31,214 bases of DNA from the IMG/VR virus record IMGVR_UViG_3300045988_098657. The stretch is one strand, 5' to 3'. Of the stretch, positions 15,852 to 24,330 are shown one piece after another. This DNA comes from a virus. Position numbers and translations under genes: made by a program. The notes beneath the pieces were generated by a model. The model was not told the origin of the DNA and ran no database searches. It saw nothing but the letters and a program-made list of their open reading frames with translations. Numbering within the stretch: the first letter of the stretch is position 1; each line of letters starts with the position of its first letter.

Positions 15852-16154
15852 ATGACAAAAAAAGTAAAATCCAAAGTGCTTGAGATTATGGCACTTGCAC
15901 TCGAATTTAACGGCAGAAGTACAAAGTGTGAGTGCACTGGTAGCAAGCCGACAATATTTGTTAATTTTAGCGGTCATACATGCGAGTTAGATGTTAATAT
16001 CTACACACAGGGGTGGACTTTTCACAATACAAATGCAAGAGAGATTAGAGATATAATTTATCTCGACCGTACATCGACATTAAAAGAGCTCAACAAAACA
16101 TTAAAAACGCTTAAAGCTGTTATCGCAGAATACGAAGAAAGAGAAAACCGCTGA
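15852..16154 (+). CDS. Hypothetical protein
   Basis: RBS ggaggaggtg; 100 aa. Confidence 0.6.
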   Translation: MTKKVKSKVLEIMALALEFNGRSTKCECTGSKPTIFVNFSGHTCELDVNIYTQGWTFHNTNAREIRDIIYLDRTSTLKELNKTLKTLKAVIAEYEERENR

Positions 16155-16182
16155 AACTCTCGCACAGTTCCAGCGGTTCAAA

Positions 16183-16219
16183 AGGATATATAAAATTAAT
16201 ATCAATTTTATTATATCCT
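16183..16219. repeat. AT-rich imperfect palindrome AGGATATATAAAATT-aatatc-AATTTTATTATATCCT
   Basis: Read directly in the 96-nt spacer before ATG 16251. One bulged base. Confidence 0.7.
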
Positions 16220-16250
16220 CAAATCAAATAAAAATCAAGAGGGAGATAAG

Positions 16251-16478
16251 ATGATTACCTACAATCAATTCTGCAATACATTTGCGGTAAGCGTTGGCAG
16301 TGCTGTATTTGAGGAAGTAAAACGGAGGGCAGAGCGTAAGCGTAATTACATAATAAGCCGTTTTGGTGACGGCAACGGTGCAAGACTTACAGAAAAGTAT
16401 ATGCTTGAGCTTATGCGTGATGAGCTTTGCTCATTTACCTTAGAGCAGTCAACAAGGCTTGCTGTTGGAGGTGTTTAA
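16251..16478 (+). CDS. Hypothetical protein
   Basis: RBS agagggag; 75 aa. Confidence 0.6.
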   Translation: MITYNQFCNTFAVSVGSAVFEEVKRRAERKRNYIISRFGDGNGARLTEKYMLELMRDELCSFTLEQSTRLAVGGV

Positions 16479-16480
16479 GA

Positions 16481-16657
16481 GTGTGTTACGGTTTAGCTCC
16501 AAATGCACCTATACCGCAAAAGAAAGGTGAATGTGCTTGCTGCGGTTACGAACTCAGAGAAGATTATACATATTTTGAGGACAGCGAGTGCAACAAATTT
16601 TGTAGTAAAGACTGCGCAGCAGAATTTCATAAAATCACAGAAAAGGAGTGGCAGTGA
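16481..16657 (+). CDS. Small Cys-rich (zinc-binding?) protein
   Basis: GTG 16481 with ggagg 9 nt upstream. CACCGY...CNKFCSKDC. Confidence 0.5.
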   Translation: MCYGLAPNAPIPQKKGECACCGYELREDYTYFEDSECNKFCSKDCAAEFHKITEKEWQ

Positions 16658-17547
16658 TGAACGAACAGTCACAGCTTATTGTAGTTAAGCAAATACCGAT
16701 TATTATTGAAAAACTTGAGTCTGTTAAATCTGAAATTGAGCACAAGGTAAATGTTGCTTGCTCAATGGTTTGCACAGATGAGAACTATAAAGAAATCAAA
16801 AAAATTCGTTCGGCTCTCAACAAAGAGCTTGCCGAGTTTGAAAGTCAGAGAAAAGCCGTTAAGTCCGAGGTAATGACACCGTACGAGCATTTTGAAAGCG
16901 TGTATAAGGAGTGTATTTCCACACCTTATAAAAAAGCTGATTCAGCATTAAAGAGCAAGATTGAGGCTATCGAGCAGGGGCTTAAACAGGAAAAGCACGA
17001 TAAATCAAAAGCGTATTTTAACGAGTACGCCCAAACGCTCGGCATTGATTTTGTAAAGTACGAGCAAGTCGGCTTGAGCATTACGATGACGGTTACGCTT
17101 AAAAAGCTCAGAGAAACAATCAAGGCTTTTCTTGACAAGGTTATGGACGACATAAAGCTCATTGCAGTGCAGGAGCATAAAGACGAAATTCTGTACGAGT
17201 ACAAGCAAACTTTGAATGTATCTGCTGCAATAACTTCCGTAACCGAAAGATACAAGGCTATTGAAGCCGAAAGAGCAAGAGCAGAAGCTGAAAAAACAGA
17301 GCGTGAGAAAGCAGAACTTAACGAGCAAGCAGAACTTAACGAGCAAGCAACATTGAACGAATATGAACCGTTCGAGGCAAATGTTGCAGTAGAAGTAGCT
17401 CCACCGGAAGAAAAACCACATATTAATCAAACCGATGAAAAAGTATTTTCTCTTACATTTACAGTATATGGTACTAAAACGCAGCTTAAAGATTTTGCAA
17501 TAGCAGTTAAAAAGTTAATCAACGAAAGGGGATTAAGATATGAGTAA
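16657..17547 (+). CDS. DUF1351-like recombination-module protein
   Basis: ATG overlaps the previous stop (TGATG). LIVVKQIPIIIEKLESVKSEIE...IKKIRSALNK resembles the DUF1351 proteins that precede RecT in Firmicutes phages. Confidence 0.6.
   Translation: MNEQSQLIVVKQIPIIIEKLESVKSEIEHKVNVACSMVCTDENYKEIKKIRSALNKELAEFESQRKAVKSEVMTPYEHFESVYKECISTPYKKADSALKSKIEAIEQGLKQEKHDKSKAYFNEYAQTLGIDFVKYEQVGLSITMTVTLKKLRETIKAFLDKVMDDIKLIAVQEHKDEILYEYKQTLNVSAAITSVTERYKAIEAERARAEAEKTEREKAELNEQAELNEQATLNEYEPFEANVAVEVAPPEEKPHINQTDEKVFSLTFTVYGTKTQLKDFAIAVKKLINERGLRYE
17311..17361 (+). repeat. 18-bp in-frame tandem repeat GCAGAACTTAACGAGCAA, 2 perfect copies plus 1 degenerate copy (AELNEQ AELNEQ ATLNEY)
   Basis: Read directly. 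Confidence 0.9.
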
Positions 17548-18409
17548 TTATAACATTCAGAATCAGATTCAGCAGAGAAAACCAAAATTTTCAGCCATGC
17601 TCCAGACAGTGGCTTTTCAGAAAAGCCTTTCAAATTCAATGAAAGACCCGAAGGAAATCCAAAAGTTTACGGCGGCTATCACATCTGTGGTAAGCACTAA
17701 CCCGGCACTCGAAGAATGTGATGCTGGAACAATTCTTTCAGCGGCACTTTGCGGACATTCGCTCGGGTTGCCACCATCACCACAGCTCGGACAGTATTAC
17801 ATGGTTCCGTTTAAGGACCGTAAGAACAATCGTACAACAGCAACATTCGTTCTCGGTTATCGTGGCTATATTCAGCTTGCTATCCGTTCAGGACAGTATA
17901 AGAGACTTAATGTGGTGGAAATCAAAGAGGGAGAACTTCTCAATTGGAATCCGCTTACAGAAGAAATTACAATCAAAATGATTGAAGATGAAACAGAGCG
18001 TGAAACAGCTGAAACAATCGGATACTATGCTTATTTTCGCTATGTAAACGGCTTTGAGAAAGCTCTTTACTGGAGTAAGGATAAGATGAAACAGCACGCA
18101 ATGAAGTATTCAGCCGGATATGCAAATGATATCAAGAAGGGTACAAGCTATACATTTTGGGCAAAGGATTTTGATGCAATGGCTAAAAAGACGATGCTTA
18201 GACAGCTTATCAGCAAATGGGGCGTTATGAGTGTTGAAATGCAGACAGCGTATGAATCTGACAATCATATTATCAATGCCGACGGTACTCCAGATTACGA
18301 AACAAATACAATGATTGATGCAGATGTACCTTCTGATGTAACATTACCAGAACCATCTGAACAGCAGACCGATGATGAAGCTTTCTCAATTGATGATCTT
18401 GCAGAGTGA
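17540..18409 (+). CDS. recT: RecT-family single-strand annealing protein
   Basis: LGLPPSPQLGQYYMVPF...FVLGYRGYIQLAIRSGQYK...YYAYFRYVNGF is typical of RecT. Confidence 0.85.
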   Translation: MSNYNIQNQIQQRKPKFSAMLQTVAFQKSLSNSMKDPKEIQKFTAAITSVVSTNPALEECDAGTILSAALCGHSLGLPPSPQLGQYYMVPFKDRKNNRTTATFVLGYRGYIQLAIRSGQYKRLNVVEIKEGELLNWNPLTEEITIKMIEDETERETAETIGYYAYFRYVNGFEKALYWSKDKMKQHAMKYSAGYANDIKKGTSYTFWAKDFDAMAKKTMLRQLISKWGVMSVEMQTAYESDNHIINADGTPDYETNTMIDADVPSDVTLPEPSEQQTDDEAFSIDDLAE

Positions 18410-19080
18410 GCAAGATGATTGATTTAGATATTATTAGTACAGGCTCTAAAGGCAACGCAGTCTTTCTTGGTGGTCAGACCTTAATTGATTGCGGAGTGCC
18501 TTTTAGCAAACTTGTTGATGCGAAAGTTGTTGATAAGATTAAGTATATTTTCCTAACTCATCAACACAGAGATCATTGCAATATTGCAACCATTAAGAGA
18601 CTTATTAACGAACACCCCCTAATTAAGATAATCTACCCAAATTATCTGTGCAGACATTTTAGTGATTTTGAAACCCCCTTTCTGATAAAAAGTTCGTGTA
18701 TAGTTACTGAGAGCAAATGGTACACAATAGGCAATATTACATTTTCAGCTTTTCCGTTAAGACACGATGTGCCTAATGTAGGCTGGAAACTCTACTTTCG
18801 CACTCAACAGGGGATATATAAAGTCATATATGCTACCGATACTGCGGATATATCTCATATCGTAGCTAAAAATTATGACTTGTATCTTATCGAGGCTAAT
18901 TTCACTCAAGATGAAATTATTAATCGAATAAAAGATAAGAGAATGAATGGTCAATATGTGTACGAGGAGAGAGTTCTTCGTACACATTTGAGCAAAGAAA
19001 AATGCGATGAATGGTTGTATCAGAACATGGGTGTCAACAGTGCTTATGTTTATATGCACCAACATGAGGTCTTATTATGA
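18406..19080 (+). CDS. Metallo-beta-lactamase-fold hydrolase (candidate nuclease partner of RecT)
   Basis: GNAVFL...IFLTHQHRDH (HxHxDH). The start is uncertain: GTG 18406 or ATG 18415. Confidence 0.7.
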   Translation: MSKMIDLDIISTGSKGNAVFLGGQTLIDCGVPFSKLVDAKVVDKIKYIFLTHQHRDHCNIATIKRLINEHPLIKIIYPNYLCRHFSDFETPFLIKSSCIVTESKWYTIGNITFSAFPLRHDVPNVGWKLYFRTQQGIYKVIYATDTADISHIVAKNYDLYLIEANFTQDEIINRIKDKRMNGQYVYEERVLRTHLSKEKCDEWLYQNMGVNSAYVYMHQHEVLL

Positions 19081-19721
19081 TTACATCAGCAAATATAGTG
19101 GCATATGACGGCTACAACTTAATAGTAAGACCTCGTGACCGCATTGGCAGAGAACTTTCACAAAAACAGGTCAACGAGGTTGAAATAAGAATAGTTGACG
19201 GTAGAGAAATATCTGCCGAACAACGAAGAAAAATATACGCAGTAATCAGAGATATTGCATTCTGGTGTGGTGATAATCCAGAATGGATAAAGGAATACTT
19301 CAAATTTAACTTTTGTGGTGAGTTTGGAATAAAGTATTTCTCCTTGGCAGACTGCGAAAAAAGCGTAGCAAGGGATTTCATAAGCTATCTGATAGACTTT
19401 TGTTTTTATCAGAACATCGGTACAAGAGATACCTTGCTTAATGTTACAGATGATATTGGTAGATATTTATATAGCTGTCTTGAAAATCGTAAGTGTGCGA
19501 TATGCAATGCTCCCGGCGAAATTCATCATGTTGATAGAGTTGGGATGGGCCGAGACAGGGAACAGATAGTTCATATAGGACTTAGAGCCATCTGCCTTTG
19601 CAGAAAACATCACGATGAAGCACATTGGCATGAAAAAGAACTGTTTGAAAAGTATAAAATCTATGGCATAGAACTCGACGAGTATCTCTGTAAAAAACTC
19701 AAACTCAATACAAAGGAGTGA
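19077..19721 (+). CDS. HNH-like (DUF968-like) protein
   Basis: CAICNAPGEIHHVDRVGMGRDR...CLCRKHHDEAHW. Confidence 0.6.
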   Translation: MITSANIVAYDGYNLIVRPRDRIGRELSQKQVNEVEIRIVDGREISAEQRRKIYAVIRDIAFWCGDNPEWIKEYFKFNFCGEFGIKYFSLADCEKSVARDFISYLIDFCFYQNIGTRDTLLNVTDDIGRYLYSCLENRKCAICNAPGEIHHVDRVGMGRDREQIVHIGLRAICLCRKHHDEAHWHEKELFEKYKIYGIELDEYLCKKLKLNTKE

Positions 19722-19729
19722 TGTAGTGA

Positions 19730-20563
19730 ATGGCTGGACAACCAAAGCAAGGTTTAGACTTTGCCGCTTGGGATGTTCACATTTTCGATGACGATGAGAG
19801 ATTTGATGTGCTTATCGATGCACAGGGATGGAGCGGCTTTGGCGTGTTCTTCTATATTTGCACGAAAGCATATGCCACTAATGGTTATTACTATGAGTGG
19901 CGAGAAAAAACCAGTGCGGCCGCAATAGCGAAACGAATGAGTGGTGGAATTAAATCAGATACGGTAAAACAGGTAGTACAGCTTTGCTTACAAATTGGGC
20001 TGTTTGACAACGGGCTGTTTGATAGGGAGAGAATACTGACAAACAAAATGATGCAAGAACGGTATATGTACGCTATTGAGAAACGCTCTAAGCGAGGTCG
20101 CACAATTAATAAAGATTACTGGCTTTTGAAAGAAGATGAAACAAAGGCTTATATAATTGTACCCGAAAATGAGCATAATCTCTCCGAAAATGGGAATAAT
20201 CTCGCCGAGAATGACATAAAGAAAAGTAAAGTAAAGGAAAGTAAAGAAAAAGAAAAGAAAAGCGATGTTTTTATTTCTTTATTGTTAAAAGAAGAAAGCA
20301 CTTATCAAGTGACATTTTCTCAGCTGAATAATTTTAAAAATATTTACACATTGATTGATGTTGAAAACGAACTCGTAAAGATGTCTAAGTATTTTGAGCT
20401 GCACCCCGACAGCAGAAAAACACTTGATGATATCGAGAATTATATAAACCGTTGGTTATTAAAGAGGAGTGATGAAGTTGACAGCATACGAAAGAATAAT
20501 TCAAAAGTACCTGCCAAAAAACGGAGCACAGGAGCGTTTAACACAGGCGAGGTTGTACTCTGA
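19730..20563 (+). CDS. Replisome organizer / replication initiator (DUF4373, Lin1244-like N-terminal domain)
   Basis: GLDFAAWDVHIFDDDERFDVLIDAQGWSGFGVFFYICTKAY...ERILTNKMMQERY. Iterons and an A-rich tract lie inside the gene. Confidence 0.7.
   Translation: MAGQPKQGLDFAAWDVHIFDDDERFDVLIDAQGWSGFGVFFYICTKAYATNGYYYEWREKTSAAAIAKRMSGGIKSDTVKQVVQLCLQIGLFDNGLFDRERILTNKMMQERYMYAIEKRSKRGRTINKDYWLLKEDETKAYIIVPENEHNLSENGNNLAENDIKKSKVKESKEKEKKSDVFISLLLKEESTYQVTFSQLNNFKNIYTLIDVENELVKMSKYFELHPDSRKTLDDIENYINRWLLKRSDEVDSIRKNNSKVPAKKRSTGAFNTGEVVL
20163..20300. promoter_or_regulatory. Candidate replication origin: CCGA(A/G)AATG x3 at 21-bp phasing (20163, 20184, 20205), with ATAATCTC(T/G)CCGA(A/G)AATG x2, then an A-rich tract with GTAAAG x3
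   Basis: Read directly inside the organizer gene. Confidence 0.45.
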
Positions 20564-21332
20564 GCTTACGGCAGAGGAAAAGGCACAGCGAGAGGCGGAT
20601 ATTTTTAATGCGCAAACAGGCAAGCTGACAGGCTATGACTGCGATAAATGCAAAAACAAGGGTACGATATACAGCACAGTAAAAAGGGATTTTTGCGGTA
20701 CAGAAACCTTTGAGGTGGTTAGCCGACCCTGCGAGTGCTTAAAGGTGAGAGCAGAGCTTAAGAGAATTAAGAAAAGCGGACTTGCAAGGCTGATTGAAAG
20801 GTACAATTTCGGAACGTATATTGTCAAGAGCGAATGGCAGGCTTACATAAAGAAATGTGCCGAGGATTTCGCAAACAATCCTGTAGATTGGTTTTACATC
20901 GGCGGCCAGTCGGGCTGCGGTAAAACGCATATTTGCACCGCAATAATCGGTTCGCTGTTAAAGCAGGGCAGATCCGCAAGGTATATGCTTTGGGGCGATG
21001 ACATAACGGCTATTAAGCAAGCAGTAACAAACGCTGAGCAGTACGAAAAACTTATGAGCAATGTAAAAAATGCCGGTGTGCTGTATATTGACGATTTTTT
21101 CAAAACACGCAGCGGCGAGGGAATAAGCAACGCCGATGTGAATACAACCTTTAAAATCATAAACCACCGCTACAATGAGCAGCTGCCAACAGTGATAAGC
21201 TCCGAACTTTCCATAAACGAAATTGCGGCAATTGACGAGGCATTAGGCAGCCGCATAGCCGAAATGACAAGAACGCATAAGATTTACATTTCAAAGGATA
21301 AAAGCAAAAATCAGAGGTTTTACTATGGATAA
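20472..21332 (+). CDS. DnaC/IstB-like AAA+ helicase loader
   Basis: Walker A GGQSGCGKTH, Walker B VLYIDDF, and an N-terminal CDKC...CEC cluster. The start is uncertain (ATG 20472 or TTG 20478). It overlaps the previous gene by about 90 nt. Confidence 0.75.
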   Translation: MKLTAYERIIQKYLPKNGAQERLTQARLYSELTAEEKAQREADIFNAQTGKLTGYDCDKCKNKGTIYSTVKRDFCGTETFEVVSRPCECLKVRAELKRIKKSGLARLIERYNFGTYIVKSEWQAYIKKCAEDFANNPVDWFYIGGQSGCGKTHICTAIIGSLLKQGRSARYMLWGDDITAIKQAVTNAEQYEKLMSNVKNAGVLYIDDFFKTRSGEGISNADVNTTFKIINHRYNEQLPTVISSELSINEIAAIDEALGSRIAEMTRTHKIYISKDKSKNQRFYYG

Positions 21333-21729
21333 ATCAGTAACAGAATTTTTTATGAAAATGGAAAAAGTGCCGACTGTAACAGCTCAGGAACGCAGAGTAA
21401 GGACCGTTAAGGGCAAGCCGGTATTTTACGATTCACCGAGAATAAAATCGGCTAAGGCTTTACTTGTGGCTCATCTAAAACAGCATAGACCGCTAAAGCC
21501 GTATGATAGTGGTGTAAGGCTGAGGGTAAGCTGGCTTTTTCCAAAAGGCAGACACAAAGACGGTGAGTATCGTATTACAAAACCCGACACAGATAACCTA
21601 CAAAAAATGCTCAAGGACTGTATGACGCTCTGCGGATTTTGGACAGATGACGCACTTGTGGCAAGCGAGATATGCGAAAAGCTTTGGGCAGATGTGCCGG
21701 GCATTTACATAAGGATTGAACAGTTATGA
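21325..21729 (+). CDS. rusA: RusA-family Holliday junction resolvase
   Basis: ITKPDTDNLQKMLKDCMTLCGFWTDDALV is the RusA catalytic-region pattern. Confidence 0.8.
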   Translation: MDKSVTEFFMKMEKVPTVTAQERRVRTVKGKPVFYDSPRIKSAKALLVAHLKQHRPLKPYDSGVRLRVSWLFPKGRHKDGEYRITKPDTDNLQKMLKDCMTLCGFWTDDALVASEICEKLWADVPGIYIRIEQL

Positions 21730-21917
21730 ACATCTCGCAGGTTAAACGCAGTCTTGGACGAAAGGTGCTTTACAATGGTACAGAATACATTCTGACAGGC
21801 TGTATCATCAGACGAGGCACAACAGGTCAATTTTATTATCAGGCTGAAATAAAGGATTTAAACGCTAATTCTGCATTGTTGTATTGCAGACTTGAAGATT
21901 TGGAGGAGATGAAATAA
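21726..21917 (+). CDS. Hypothetical protein
   Basis: 63 aa; ATGA overlap with rusA. Confidence 0.55.
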   Translation: MNISQVKRSLGRKVLYNGTEYILTGCIIRRGTTGQFYYQAEIKDLNANSALLYCRLEDLEEMK

Positions 21918-22292
21918 ATGTATTCAGCTATATGTCAAATATGCGGTAACGAATTTACCGCAAGAGCAAAAACAACAAAATATTGTTCAGCTTGTGTCAG
22001 TAAAGCCAAAGCCGAGGCGGCGCTACACAGAAAAGAGCAGTTAAATAGACCGCCGACAACCGATACAGAATTTTTAATATGTTTATATACATACAGAGGT
22101 GATTCTATATCACGCATTGCAACGGATTTGAACAGAAGCGAAGAGGATGTTCAAAGCATATTAAATGAAGCAAAAGCAAGCGGTCGTTATAACATGCACA
22201 TACAAAAACATCTTAACTCTGTGAATTACAAAAGTACACTTAGTGACGATTATGTAGACAGCAGTAATGCTATTATGGACGGCTATAAATAA
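21918..22292 (+). CDS. Zinc-ribbon plus HTH (sigma region-4-like) putative regulator
   Basis: CQICGNEF...YCSACV followed by DSISRIATDLNRSEEDVQSILNEAK. Confidence 0.5.
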   Translation: MYSAICQICGNEFTARAKTTKYCSACVSKAKAEAALHRKEQLNRPPTTDTEFLICLYTYRGDSISRIATDLNRSEEDVQSILNEAKASGRYNMHIQKHLNSVNYKSTLSDDYVDSSNAIMDGYK

Positions 22293-22354
22293 GGAGGATA
22301 TTATGAGTATGCTTTTTGATTATGACCTGGTATTACTAATGGAGGATGAAGAAA

Positions 22355-22531
22355 ATGATTGATTGTTCAAGAACTGAAAATTACTTGACTAAAAAGTTAA
22401 GGCTGACGAAAAAACATAAGCTGAACGATGATACATATATATGTGGAATCGCTTGTGGCGACTGCCCTTTGAGCCGTGTAGGGCAAAAATTTACAAAAAG
22501 CACACATACTTTCATTGCCGAAGTATGTTGA
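22355..22531 (+). CDS. Hypothetical Cys-containing protein
   Basis: ATG 22355 lies 9 nt after ggagg. The track ATG at 22346 abuts the RBS. Confidence 0.45.
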   Translation: MIDCSRTENYLTKKLRLTKKHKLNDDTYICGIACGDCPLSRVGQKFTKSTHTFIAEVC

Positions 22532-22548
22532 GATAAGGAGTGATACAA

Positions 22549-22731
22549 ATGGGAACATCATATAAAGCTCAAATTGATAACGAAAAGGGAAAATATGAAA
22601 TTCAATTTGAAACTACCAATTATGATTATTACAAAATGGTAGAAAGAGCTTGTCAAAAAGCAATAGACAAAAAGGATAAGGCTGTATTAAAAGAGCGTTG
22701 TTCTCAAAGCAGAGTATTAGGGCATTTATAA
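22549..22731 (+). CDS. Hypothetical protein
   Basis: ATG 22549 lies 8 nt after aaggag. Confidence 0.5.
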   Translation: MGTSYKAQIDNEKGKYEIQFETTNYDYYKMVERACQKAIDKKDKAVLKERCSQSRVLGHL

Positions 22732-22745
22732 AGGAGTAATATAGA

Positions 22746-23285
22746 ATGAGTAATAGAAAATCTATATCAAAACATACGAGGCTTAAAGTATATCAAAAAT
22801 ATAATGGTCATTGTGCTTACTGTGGTTGTACACTCGAACTAAAGGATATGCAAGTTGACCATATACAGAGCGTGTATTGGTATGACGGTGCAAACGATAT
22901 TGAAAATTATAATCCTGCTTGCAGAATGTGTAATTTTTATAAATCTACAATGTCGGTTGAAGATTTTAGAGAGCAATTAGGTAAAATACTATCAAGACTG
23001 GAAAAGGTTTTTATTTTTAGATTAGCTAAGAAATACGGCTTAATCAGAGAAATAAAAGAACCTGTAATATTTTATTTTGAAAAAGAAAATTTTAAAAAAG
23101 TTGTGGATTTTGAGCCTAAAAAGCCTATTAAATCTGATGTACAGGAGATTAAACACGCAAAGTGGGAAGAAATCCGAGATGCCTACGGGCAACTTGAAGG
23201 ATGGATTCATATTGAGTGTGGTAGAGAGGTAAAAATTAAAGAGAATTATTGTCCGAGTTGCGGTGCGAGAATGGATAAGGAGTGA
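22746..23285 (+). CDS. HNH endonuclease with C-terminal zinc ribbon
   Basis: HCAYCGC...DHIQS...NYNPACRMCNFYK, with C-terminal CPSCGARM. Confidence 0.8.
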   Translation: MSNRKSISKHTRLKVYQKYNGHCAYCGCTLELKDMQVDHIQSVYWYDGANDIENYNPACRMCNFYKSTMSVEDFREQLGKILSRLEKVFIFRLAKKYGLIREIKEPVIFYFEKENFKKVVDFEPKKPIKSDVQEIKHAKWEEIRDAYGQLEGWIHIECGREVKIKENYCPSCGARMDKE

Positions 23286-23291
23286 GCAAGA

Positions 23292-23819
23292 ATGAAAGCC
23301 CATATAACTAAAGAACCTGCTGACAAAAGGAGAACAGGCAAAATGACAAATTTTGAAAATATTACAATTGAAAAGGGAATGTATCAGCAGAAGGGCAAGA
23401 CACTTACAGATGTACTTGAAACTCTTGACCCGTCGGAAAACTATAAGGGTACGACACTTTCAAATCTTGACGCTTTTTCAAGACAGCTCAAGCGTTTTGG
23501 CATTAAGGTGAACGGCAGCGGCAGTGACTGCGTGGAAAAATTCTTCCAATCCTCGGACTCGGCGGCACTTTTCCCCGAATATGTCAGCCGTGCGGTAAGA
23601 CAGGGTATGGAGAGAGCGGATATTCTCCCGCAGATTGTGGCTACTGTTACAAATATTGACGGTATGGATTACATAAGCATTGAGTCCGATATGACAGACG
23701 ATGACAAGACTTTAAAGCCTGTGGGCGAGGGCGCTGTAATTCCGCAGACAAAAATCAAGTCAATGAGCGTTGAGGATATGGCGGAAATGTTGCTTGATGA
23801 AAGCGAGGTGGAAGAATGA
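23292..23819 (+). CDS. Chimeric ORF: the ends are paralogous to 24331..24525 and the middle 131 codons are unrelated (possibly a capsid-protein-like N-terminal fragment)
   Basis: Two RBS-preceded starts (23292 and 23343). From 23343: MTNFE-[131 aa]-KIKSMSVEDMAEMLLDESEVEE, versus MTNFE-KIKSMSIDEMA...WLESEVEE in the paralog. Confidence 0.6.
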   Translation: MKAHITKEPADKRRTGKMTNFENITIEKGMYQQKGKTLTDVLETLDPSENYKGTTLSNLDAFSRQLKRFGIKVNGSGSDCVEKFFQSSDSAALFPEYVSRAVRQGMERADILPQIVATVTNIDGMDYISIESDMTDDDKTLKPVGEGAVIPQTKIKSMSVEDMAEMLLDESEVEE

Positions 23820-24127
23820 CATCAAAAGAGACTATGTATAAAGCAATCAATACATACGGTGTGGAAAATCAGATGATAAAGACGGTCGAAGAGTTGTCTG
23901 AATTGTCGCAGGCTTTGTGTAAAAGCATTGTAAGATTAAATTATACTAAAGAAAAAACATCACTTGTAGATGATTTGAAATCTGTTGATAATATCTTTGA
24001 AGAAATTGCAGATGTTGAGATTATGCTTGAACAATGCAAGATAATGTTTCAATGCGATAAAGAAGTGAATGAATGGAAACATAAAAAGATTGAGCGGCTT
24101 GAAAGAAGACTGGAAGGTGAAAAATAA
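23816..24127 (+). CDS. MazG-like all-alpha NTP pyrophosphohydrolase
   Basis: KTVEELSELSQAL...FEEIADVEIMLEQ, the paired acidic helix motifs of small phage MazG proteins. Confidence 0.65.
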   Translation: MTSKETMYKAINTYGVENQMIKTVEELSELSQALCKSIVRLNYTKEKTSLVDDLKSVDNIFEEIADVEIMLEQCKIMFQCDKEVNEWKHKKIERLERRLEGEK

Positions 24128-24318
24128 TGGCATTCCCCGAAAAGCTAAAAGCGTTAAGACTTAAAAATGGATTAACGCAAGATGAGTTGGGCGAAAAGCT
24201 CTATTTGAGCAGGACAAGTATTTCAAACTATGAGCAGGGAAAATTTGAGCCTAATATCGAAACCATAATAGCTATATCAGATTTATTTAACATTACAACA
24301 GATGAATTGTTGAAGTGA
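24127..24318 (+). CDS. XRE-family HTH protein (63 aa)
   Basis: LKALRLKNGLTQDELGEKLYLSRTSISNYEQGKFEPNIETIIAISDLFNITTDELL. Confidence 0.85.
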   Translation: MAFPEKLKALRLKNGLTQDELGEKLYLSRTSISNYEQGKFEPNIETIIAISDLFNITTDELLK

Positions 24319-24330
24319 GGTGTGAACACA

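Noticed and set aside
22303-22362. 19-codon ORF (MSMLFDYDLVLLMEDEEND) with RBS aaggagga before 22355
   Set aside because: It is too short to support without comparative or ribosome-profiling data. It may be a leader peptide or just a spacer.
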